A model generated the notes under the pieces. That model was not told where the DNA came from, did no database searches, and worked only from the letters and a program-made list of their open reading frames with translations. 64,000 bases of DNA from a virus: positions 64,001 through 128,000 of the IMG/VR virus record IMGVR_UViG_3300045988_175328. One strand, given 5' to 3'. The position numbers were made by a program, and so were the translations under genes. Below are positions 9,254 through 16,043 of the stretch, in pieces. The stretch's first letter is position 1. Each line of letters begins with the position of its first letter.

Positions 9254-9384
9254 TTTCAATATATAGAACCGCAGGGCATGCGGGGATAGCCTACTGTCTT
9301 AGTATAAGACGTATAGTGAATTTATATTTACTATACGCAACTATTGGGTAGGAACCTCGTCACTTTAAGTGGTGAGAGGATGTC
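9254..9384 (+). ncRNA. candidate TnpB omega RNA scaffold (may start inside the tnpB 3' end); boundaries uncertain
   Basis: Densely structured RNA directly after tnpB. Hairpins: CCGCA/TGCGG (9269-9283), GTCTTA/TAAGAC (9296-9310) and GTATAGTGAA/TTACTATAC (9311-9336). The last two are enclosed by CCTAC (9290-9294) pairing with GTAGG (9348-9352). Omega RNAs are known to lie at this position in IS605-type elements. Confidence 0.4.
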
Positions 9385-9552
9385 AGATGCTGGAAACCCC
9401 TTAGAGCCTTTGGTACCAAAGTGTGACAATCTAAAGGATTGGGCAATCAGCAGGCAGCTTTATCTATTAGATATTGCGCCTCAACGACTATCCGTAAGGA
9501 GTACACCATAATAGCCGGTGGAAGCGCAGAGCTCCCTAGAATAATATAGGTA

Positions 9553-9581
9553 TTGCTATATTCTCCTTTTTGTATTATAAT
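9553..9581 (+). promoter_or_regulatory. sigma-A/sigma-70 type promoter for the LAGLIDADG gene, inside the intron
   Basis: TTGCTA (9553-9558), 17-nt spacer, TATAAT (9576-9581). AAGGAGG RBS at 9591-9597 and ATG at 9605. Confidence 0.6.
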
Positions 9582-9604
9582 AAATATATAAGGAGGTCTT
9601 AAAT

Positions 9605-10264
9605 ATGGCGCAATACAATTATAATTTTGATATTTTAGAAAAAGAATCACCTGAAAAATATTATTTTCTTGGCTTTATCGCAGCAGATGGAGCATTAACA
9701 AATGGCGGAATTGTTTTTGAACTAAACAAGAGAGATGGATATATGGTAAAGAAATTAAATGATTACATATGTCCTGAAAAAGAAGTTAAGTTTAGAGAAG
9801 AAACAAATTCTTGTCGAGCAACATTTTATAATCTTGAAATGACAAAGAAACTAAAAAAATATTTTTCAATGACAAGCAATAGAAAAACCGAAGAGATTAG
9901 ATTCCCAGAAGTACCAGATGAATATCTTCGAGATTTTATTCGTGGGATCATCGATGGTGATGGAACTATCGATACGACTAAAGGATACAAAGGAAATAAA
10001 ATTTATATTGGTGCTCGACTTCGAATCTTAGGTAATGAAATTTTTCTAAAAGAATTAAATGAGAAAACAAAATTATTATATCCACATAATACAAATGCTG
10101 TAAACAGAAAAGGTAAGGAAAATATACATATTATAACTTATAACTTTAAAACAGCGCGCGAATTATTGAAAATAATATATTATGACGGATGCCTATGTTT
10201 AAAACGAAAATTCGATCGTTCTAGGGATGAAGATATAGTCTCTACATTAGTGAGAGCTAAATGA
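9605..10264 (+). CDS. LAGLIDADG homing endonuclease (double-motif)
   Basis: 219 aa. Motif 1 YYFLGFIAADGAL, motif 2 FIRGIIDGDGTID. The 3' end overlaps the ribozyme J8/7-P7 segment, as is typical of intron-encoded endonucleases. Confidence 0.85.
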   Translation: MAQYNYNFDILEKESPEKYYFLGFIAADGALTNGGIVFELNKRDGYMVKKLNDYICPEKEVKFREETNSCRATFYNLEMTKKLKKYFSMTSNRKTEEIRFPEVPDEYLRDFIRGIIDGDGTIDTTKGYKGNKIYIGARLRILGNEIFLKELNEKTKLLYPHNTNAVNRKGKENIHIITYNFKTARELLKIIYYDGCLCLKRKFDRSRDEDIVSTLVRAK

Positions 10265-10278
10265 TAATCATTCTCAAA

Positions 10279-10551
10279 AAAAGAGGGATCGCCGGCACTA
10301 TTGTATTCACACTATTTGATCGTGATGCATTAGTCGACGCATTGGCTATTCGCGCAGCAAAAGCTGCGTATTTCCAACGTATTGGTGGTGATATCAATTA
10401 CCAACCATACACAATTACTGAATGGGATACTAAATTGACAGATATGGTAGTTAATACTTTATCTTCCAGTAACAGTTCCCAAATTGCATCCAGTAATCCA
10501 TTTAAACTTACTCAAAAAGTAGCTGTTCAATCTACTCCTAAATACTCCGAT
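10279..10551 (+). CDS. tail tube-like protein, exon 3 of 4
   Basis: KRGIAGTIVFTLFDRDALVDAL...STPKYSD aligns to PRTIAGTIVFTVLDKHVIYEIF...HYLMD of the 11429 paralog. The 5' boundary comes from guide complementarity and the paralog alignment. The 3' boundary is U10551, wobble-paired with G10565. Confidence 0.65.
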
Positions 10552-10935
10552 TATTCTTAATATAGTCCGTATGTTTAGTAATAAGCATATGTTAAACATA
10601 AATGTTTAAGGTCTCATCGAATTGCTGAAAACCCGTAAAGCTTAAAACGCTACAGCATAATTTTGAAAAACAAATAAGTGCGATAGTAACGAAAGTAAAA
10701 AAAGTTTTAAGATAGCGTATGGTTAAATCCTAAGCGCCACAACAATTGGCAATCAGCAGCGAAGCTCCAAATAGGAGAACGTTCAACGACTAGAGCAAGA
10801 TGCTCGTACACTCAAGCGAGTGGAAGTGGTGAGGGCCCATTTGATGGGTCAAGATATAGTCTATGCCTTAGTGAAAATTAAGGGAGCAACAATTTGTTGC
10901 CAAATAATAGTAGCGATATTATTTGAATATAACAG
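10552..10935 (+). ncRNA. group I (IA2) intron 3 of the tube gene, ORF-less
   Basis: P1: GAT|TAT (10549-10554) pairs with ATAGTC (10562-10567), with U10551-G10565. P2 is TATGTTTAgtaaTAAGCATA and P2.1 is TTAAACAtaaaTGTTTAA. Conserved blocks GAATTGCTG, GGTTAAATCCTAAG, GGCAATCAGCAGCGAAGC and GTTCAACGACTAG are present, plus AAGATATAGTC (10851-10861). It ends ...AACAG at G10935. Removal joins D|E in frame. Confidence 0.8.
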
Positions 10936-11145
10936 GAAATTCCGCCATTTGACATTACTTTATCTTTTGCAAATGAGTATGGTCAATCGGCAGTAATGGT
11001 TATCTACGGCGTAGAGATCTTAAATGAAGCTTCTAGTTTCTCTGTAGATTCTACTACGACTGATAAAGCATGTACTTACATTGCTCGTTCTGTAGATTAC
11101 TTGCAACCAGTAGAAAACAAATACTTATTGAATAACAATTACTAA
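10936..11145 (+). CDS. tail tube-like protein, exon 4 of 4 (includes the stop)
   Basis: EIPPFDITLSFANEYGQSAVMVIYGVEILNEASSFSVD... aligns to ELPNFDITLSFANEYGHNSSISIYNCTIMDEGQVMSVND of the paralog. An in-frame TAA lies 2 codons upstream of 10936. TAA stop at 11143-11145. Confidence 0.75.
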   Translation, partial: EIPPFDITLSFANEYGQSAVMVIYGVEILNEASSFSVDSTTTDKACTYIARSVDYLQPVENKYLLNNNY

Positions 11146-11152
11146 TAAGTTA

Positions 11153-11183
11153 GGGACGAGGATTACCTCGTCCCATTTTTTTT
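11153..11183 (+). terminator. rho-independent terminator after the tube gene
   Basis: GGGACGAGG (11153-11161), loop ATTA, CCTCGTCCC (11166-11174), then eight T residues. Confidence 0.85.
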
Positions 11184-11195
11184 GAGGTTAATAGC

Positions 11196-11432
11196 TTGGA
11201 AAATACGAATCAAGTCTTTCTGTATCTAAACAAAGTTTTAGATGATTATATTAAAGAAGCTGTTCAACGAAGAGTTTCTTTAGACGAAGCTAATCTTGAG
11301 ATGAAAGAAGTTTGTCTTAAAGAATTAGAGCAAAGATCAATAGAGCTTAAACCACATATAAAAACACTTGTTGAAAATAGAGTTAAACAATATCTTAAAG
11401 TCTACCACTTAAAAGTGAGGTATTTAAAATGA
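11196..11432 (+). CDS. small hypothetical protein
   Basis: 78-aa ORF with a TTG start after GAGG. Its stop overlaps the next ATG (ATGA). Confidence 0.5.
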   Translation: MENTNQVFLYLNKVLDDYIKEAVQRRVSLDEANLEMKEVCLKELEQRSIELKPHIKTLVENRVKQYLKVYHLKVRYLK

Positions 11433-13132
11433 CACAAGAAAAAGAGATTGTTCAAACTTCTAAATACACAAGAACATACAATTCATATAGTGGATGCGAT
11501 ATTGTAGCTTCTATTAATATTTCAATACCAGGGCAAGAACCTATTCATCATGTGTTCGGCAGCATTCAAACACTTTCTTATAGCATCCATCAGGAGAAAA
11601 CTCCAGTTAGAGCAATCGGGAATGTAAATGCAATTACGTATGTAGATGGGCCCAGAACAATTGCTGGCACTATTGTATTTACAGTTTTAGATAAGCATGT
11701 AATATATGAAATTTTTGAAGAATTAACAAAGAAGGGGCAATATATCAATGAACATTATTTAATGGACGAGCTCCCTAATTTTGACATTACTTTATCTTTT
11801 GCAAATGAATATGGCCATAATAGTTCTATCAGTATATATAATTGCACTATTATGGATGAAGGACAAGTCATGTCTGTTAATGATATTTTGACAGAAAATA
11901 CATATCATTATTATGCGACTGATATTGACTACATGACTGAATCTGAAAGCTATTGGACAATTAATCGTCAAAAGATTATTGAATCAAATCCTTGGCTTAG
12001 TCCTCAGAACTTTAAACCGCAACCACAGGTTCCGGCAAAAGAAATAGACGATTGCCCATTAGAAAAAATTAGTCGATATAAGTATCGAACATATGCTGAA
12101 TATGTTACTGCTTTAAATAAGGCATACGAAAAACATCGAGATGAATTAGTTGAAGCGCAGAAGACTGATCGTATTGTAGCTTGTCGTCATAAGTATCATA
12201 CTCTTGTCGAAGATGCTAAAAAATATTATAAAATTGGCGATATGCCATATGGATTAAATAGAATTCCTAAACGAAGACCAGCTGTTGTCAATAAAGATTA
12301 CGATAAATTCAGAACACAAATTCGTAAAACTTCAAGAGCTGTTCCTGATTATGACAACTGTAGAGTTAGAAAACATACTGGTCCAATCCAGGCGCCAGAT
12401 TTTAATATAAGAACATCTCGTACTTATAATAGAATTATAATTCCAGATTTAAATATGCCGCGATTAAGATATAATTCATATCGTGACTATCCAGAATTTG
12501 AGAGTCGAGAACGATATGAATCATCTAGAAGCTATCCTGAATTTAGATCTAGGAATTATAAAAAATTCTCGACACGAGGATACCCTATATATAAAACTAA
12601 TTATGCTAAGCATTATAGAGAAGATCCTCCAGAATTTAATTCTAGACTTCGACCTCAAAAATATAAAGTTAATGTCCCGGAATACGAGACTCATAAAAGA
12701 AGAAAAGTCGATATTATGGTCCCAGAATTTGAATCAAGAAAGGCTCCTGAAAGAAAAAGAGAAGGATATCCTGAGTATACAACTCAATATCCAGAGCATA
12801 GAAAAATTGTTCCTCCAGAATTTCCAAGAGTTAGGAATTTAAGAGATAGAGTCCATGATTATGTTCCTGATGAAATTATCGATAGAAACCATGACCATGA
12901 CAATAAACCAATTTTTAAAAATAGAAAACGAGAAAAAATTATCGAGAAAGAAAAAGAAATACATAAAAAGCCAGAAATTAAAGAAAAAAAACGTTTAGAT
13001 TTTGTTCTTAAGAAAAAAGATTCTAGTATGGTGATTGAAGAAGTCAAGAAAGAAGAAACTAAGCCTAAAGACAAATTTAGAATTCGTTCTGTTATCGAAA
13101 AGAACGCAACACCAGATCGAGGTGATAGCTAA
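11429..13132 (+). CDS. tube-fold paralog with a long basic repeat-rich C-terminal extension
   Basis: 567 aa. The N-terminal ~170 aa is homologous to the split tube gene. The rest is Arg/Lys/Pro/Glu-rich with P-E-F/Y-x-S/T-R repeats and a Lys-rich tail. Confidence 0.7.
   Translation: MTQEKEIVQTSKYTRTYNSYSGCDIVASINISIPGQEPIHHVFGSIQTLSYSIHQEKTPVRAIGNVNAITYVDGPRTIAGTIVFTVLDKHVIYEIFEELTKKGQYINEHYLMDELPNFDITLSFANEYGHNSSISIYNCTIMDEGQVMSVNDILTENTYHYYATDIDYMTESESYWTINRQKIIESNPWLSPQNFKPQPQVPAKEIDDCPLEKISRYKYRTYAEYVTALNKAYEKHRDELVEAQKTDRIVACRHKYHTLVEDAKKYYKIGDMPYGLNRIPKRRPAVVNKDYDKFRTQIRKTSRAVPDYDNCRVRKHTGPIQAPDFNIRTSRTYNRIIIPDLNMPRLRYNSYRDYPEFESRERYESSRSYPEFRSRNYKKFSTRGYPIYKTNYAKHYREDPPEFNSRLRPQKYKVNVPEYETHKRRKVDIMVPEFESRKAPERKREGYPEYTTQYPEHRKIVPPEFPRVRNLRDRVHDYVPDEIIDRNHDHDNKPIFKNRKREKIIEKEKEIHKKPEIKEKKRLDFVLKKKDSSMVIEEVKKEETKPKDKFRIRSVIEKNATPDRGDS
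12485..12835 (+). repeat. coding tandem-like repeats (YPEFESR-type, about 7 copies)
   Basis: YPEFESR, YPEFRSR, PPEFNSR, VPEYETH, VPEFESR, YPEYTTQ, PPEFPRV. At DNA level the string CCAGAATTT / CCTGAATTT recurs. Confidence 0.7.
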
Positions 13133-14790
13133 TGGCCATTACGTATGTTGCACAGAAAGAGAATTCTATTCATTTATATTGTGAAGATTTCTTTAATGGA
13201 TATAATACATTAACATATACAGATGGAAAAGAATCTAAAGAAATTACACTTACTTCTCCGGATGTTTTACTCGAGAATTTAACTGCTAATTTATATAAAG
13301 TTAATCTCGGCAATTCTGAAAAATATATCGAAGTCTATTCAGAATCTTTAATTAATGTTCTCGATTTTCTTTTTAATAACATAAAACCTACTGGTATAAA
13401 GAAAGACGATATTCTTAATACTATTGACTCGTATGATCTTTCTTTGGTAGAAGCTTTATATTATCTTTTACGCCAGAAATATTCTAAAGATATTTTAAAA
13501 TTATTGTTAGCGGCGATTAGCTTATTTAACTCTAATAACTTCTATAATAATCTAGATTTAAATACATCAGTTAGAATTAAATCTGATCATAATAATAAGA
13601 TAATGAATGTTCTTATTAATGGAGAGTCTGGAGACAGATTGCACATATCCAAGTTTGTACCAGAAGGATATCAATATATCGAAGCAAAAGATTTAGATGA
13701 TCTCGGGATTTTAAATCTTTCTTTTTTAAAGTCTGGAGAACTGCATCAATTAAAATTAGAACGTGAAGATAATATCACAAATTATTTTTATGTTTACGCA
13801 ATGACACATTCCCAAATTAAAGATATTTGGCCTGACTTAAAGAAAATTACAGATCTTATTAATTCCAGATTTAATGAAGAAAAGTATTTACCTTTGGTGT
13901 ATCAAAACTTTAGCGATGAAGATAAAAAAGCAATTTTAATGGCTCGGTCTGTATCTAAAGATTTATATATATATGAATGTCCTATCTTAGAACAGAACGA
14001 AGATTATTTCGTCGCTTACTTCGACAAAACATCGTTCATTAAACCAATGAATCCGTTGTATCTTTGCATTACAGATATTGAAGGATTAGCGGCTAATGAG
14101 ATTCTTGTAAAAGAACCTGTCACTAATTTCTTAATGGAAATTCCTTTAGCAGGAAAGACCATCTATGAAGGATACTATTTCTTCTATTTAATGGATGATC
14201 ATGATCGTATTGTAAGTAAGATATCTATCTTTAATAAAGATAATGAAATAGAAGCTAATTACAATGAGGCAACCATTAAAGAATTTGTTTATGATCTTGT
14301 TTCTTATCTTAAAAAGATTTATGAAGAAAAAGATGTCGATATGTATTCTCCATTATTCTTTAATGAAGTATCGAACCCATTAGCGAATAGTACAAACTAT
14401 TTTAATTTAATTGTTGAAAAATTAGTGTTAACATATAAAGCCGAAGATTTCTTTGATTTAATCTTTGATCTATATCAATTTAAATATATGAATCAGGGAT
14501 ATAAGAAAGACTTTCATTATTTAATTAAAGATAATAAGGCTAAAAGAATTATTGCGCCGCCATTAAAAGAAGGAAACTTAATTTTAAAATCAGTTAAATA
14601 TAGTCAAACAGGATATAATATCGAATATAAAGAGATATCAGATTCTGCTAATTATGTTACATATTCGGATGCTGACTATACGATAGTCTCTATCTTTGAA
14701 AAGGATTCGGCAGCATGTTTAGGATTTGTTGTTGTTAAGAAGTATGGTCATGACTATTATTTCCAAAACTGGAATGTGAGTTTCGAATGA
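13132..14790 (+). CDS. hypothetical tail-module protein
   Basis: 552-aa ORF, with ATG overlapping the upstream stop (TAATG). No motif recognised. Confidence 0.6.
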   Translation: MAITYVAQKENSIHLYCEDFFNGYNTLTYTDGKESKEITLTSPDVLLENLTANLYKVNLGNSEKYIEVYSESLINVLDFLFNNIKPTGIKKDDILNTIDSYDLSLVEALYYLLRQKYSKDILKLLLAAISLFNSNNFYNNLDLNTSVRIKSDHNNKIMNVLINGESGDRLHISKFVPEGYQYIEAKDLDDLGILNLSFLKSGELHQLKLEREDNITNYFYVYAMTHSQIKDIWPDLKKITDLINSRFNEEKYLPLVYQNFSDEDKKAILMARSVSKDLYIYECPILEQNEDYFVAYFDKTSFIKPMNPLYLCITDIEGLAANEILVKEPVTNFLMEIPLAGKTIYEGYYFFYLMDDHDRIVSKISIFNKDNEIEANYNEATIKEFVYDLVSYLKKIYEEKDVDMYSPLFFNEVSNPLANSTNYFNLIVEKLVLTYKAEDFFDLIFDLYQFKYMNQGYKKDFHYLIKDNKAKRIIAPPLKEGNLILKSVKYSQTGYNIEYKEISDSANYVTYSDADYTIVSIFEKDSAACLGFVVVKKYGHDYYFQNWNVSFE

Positions 14791-15446
14791 GAAGAAAACG
14801 TTTAGATAATCAATTAAATAATCAGTTAGGATATGTTAATAAAACTGTCGACCAAGAAGTTGTAAGAACAGAGAATGGTGAGACAAGGCTAACTCCTAAA
14901 TATAATCGCTACTATTCTCAAATTGATGCGAACATTTATATAGGCGATTTCCTTGTCTCAGATATTCAAAATATATCCTATGGATTAAAACAAAATGATA
15001 TGCCACTATTTGGATACAATAGTTATATATTCGATGAGATGGCATTAGGAAACAGAATTATTCAGGGCGTATTTACGATTAACTTTACTGAGCCTCGATA
15101 TATTGACAAGATATTAAAGAACCATTACACTTCCTTGACCTCTTTTGCTAAAGAAGTTAAAATAGAACAAGAAGGTCAAAAAGAAGATGGTAAACTTCTA
15201 GATATTAAAATTCCATCTAGAAATGAGGATACTGTCATCAATTCTCCAGAACATAATTCTCGATGGAGACAAAAGTTCGATATCGATATTACGTATGGAG
15301 AAGATGACCAAATCATGGGCAAGCCATTGCATGTGACACTATTAGACTGTTACATTACAGATGTACAAACAGTTCTTGATGTGTCGGGGCGGCCTATTTT
15401 AGAACAATATTCTTTCATATCTCGGGATAGCCGAGCTATTGTTTAA
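14787..15446 (+). CDS. third tube-fold paralog (possibly a tube initiator or baseplate-proximal tube protein)
   Basis: 219 aa. DANIYIGDFLVSDIQNISYGLKQNDMPLFGYNSYIFDEMALGNRIIQGVFTINF aligns without gaps to CDIVATFGSEVVAEVQGITVSINREKAPVYTFGSAEPRSISRGKRGIAGTIVFTLF. Confidence 0.55.
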   Translation: MRRKRLDNQLNNQLGYVNKTVDQEVVRTENGETRLTPKYNRYYSQIDANIYIGDFLVSDIQNISYGLKQNDMPLFGYNSYIFDEMALGNRIIQGVFTINFTEPRYIDKILKNHYTSLTSFAKEVKIEQEGQKEDGKLLDIKIPSRNEDTVINSPEHNSRWRQKFDIDITYGEDDQIMGKPLHVTLLDCYITDVQTVLDVSGRPILEQYSFISRDSRAIV

Positions 15447-15449
15447 AAG

Positions 15450-16034
15450 GTGATACAAATGAGCAAAAAACACAGATTTGAAAAAAATCTAAAAAAAGAA
15501 ATATTGGAAAAAAAAGAGGAAATTACTGAGAATACTCAAGTTGAAGATTCTGATAAAAAAGAATATTTAATGGATGTTAATACTCCTAATGCAGCTGATC
15601 AATATGAAGAACCATCAGAAGATGAAGTTCCCGCTTTTTACGAAGAGGAAGATGATGATTACAGTATTGAAGATGTTGAACCATTAACAACAGAAAATAT
15701 TAATTATCTTAAATCTATCTATCCTAATTTAAAATTAACGATGATGGTTAATCAACCAATTGTATGGAAAACAATTCCTCGTAACGAATATCGATTAGCA
15801 TATGATCTAACAGAAGAGGAGAGAGAACATATTTCTAGTTTAGATCCTGCTAATCAAATTGCAGAATTAATGGAAATTCGAAATCAAAAGATTGTTACAT
15901 ATTTTGTATTGTTCCCATCTCGTCCAAGATTATTATATTTATTGGATCGATATAGTGGAATGATTCCGACATTAGCTGAAGAGATTCTTAAAGGATCTGG
16001 TTATTCCTTACAACAACCATCTATTGACTTGTAG
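15450..16034 (+). CDS. acidic hypothetical protein (tail assembly chaperone position)
   Basis: 194-aa ORF with an Asp/Glu-rich N-terminal half. The functional guess rests on position only. Confidence 0.5.
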   Translation: MIQMSKKHRFEKNLKKEILEKKEEITENTQVEDSDKKEYLMDVNTPNAADQYEEPSEDEVPAFYEEEDDDYSIEDVEPLTTENINYLKSIYPNLKLTMMVNQPIVWKTIPRNEYRLAYDLTEEEREHISSLDPANQIAELMEIRNQKIVTYFVLFPSRPRLLYLLDRYSGMIPTLAEEILKGSGYSLQQPSIDL

Positions 16035-16043
16035 GAGGCTCTT

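Larger units (their letters stand above)
7573..10278 (+). mobile_element. composite IStron-like intron: two group I ribozyme cores + tnpB + candidate omega RNA + LAGLIDADG endonuclease gene
   Basis: A 14-nt guide CTCTTTTGCTTCTC (7581-7594) is complementary, with G-U wobbles, to the ligated exons GAGAGGT (7566-7572) | AAAAGAG (10279-10285). The interior holds the two cores, the tnpB unit and the endonuclease gene listed separately. Joining the flanks gives ...SRG|KRGIAGT..., which aligns without gaps to both paralogs. Confidence 0.6.
9385..10278 (+). ncRNA. group I ribozyme core D (carries the LAGLIDADG ORF in a loop)
   Basis: P4 TGCTGG (9388-9393) pairs with CAGCAGG. GGGCAATCAGCAGGCAGC (9441-9458) and TCAACGACTATCC (9481-9493) are homologous to cores A, B and C. 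The P7 3' strand lies in AAGATATAGTC at 10230-10240, inside the ORF's 3' end. P9-like hairpin TCTCtacattagtGAGA. Confidence 0.65.

Noticed and set aside
9447-9650. Minus-strand 67-aa ORF
   Set aside because: It overlaps ribozyme core D, the intron promoter and the start of the LAGLIDADG gene. It has no RBS or recognisable motif.
10263-10264. Canonical 3' splice site after G10263 (U7572 joined to ATAATC..., in frame)
   Set aside because: It would insert IIILK into a segment that otherwise aligns without gaps to both paralogs, and it ignores the 7-nt guide match to AAAAGAG. It is kept as an explicit alternative in the finding on the 3' junction.
6687-10278. Group II intron as the explanation for the 3.6-kb interruption
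   Set aside because: There is no reverse-transcriptase/maturase ORF, no GUGYG 5' end and no domain V-like hairpin. Instead there are repeated group I signatures: J8/7-P7 AAGATATAGTC, P4/P6 blocks and U-G wobbles at the 5' splice sites.
10261-10560. Track ORF MIIILKKRGIAGT... read as an independent 99-aa gene starting at ATG 10261
   Set aside because: There is no RBS, and the ATG overlaps the endonuclease stop inside the intron's 3' end. Homology to the paralogs starts only at KRG. The C-terminal residues after ...KYSD (YS) are intron read-through. I treat 10279-10551 as exon 3.
12483-12842. + strand 119-aa ORF in an alternative frame
   Set aside because: It lies wholly within the repeat region of the 11429 ORF. 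It is an out-of-frame reading of repetitive AT-rich codons and has no start context.
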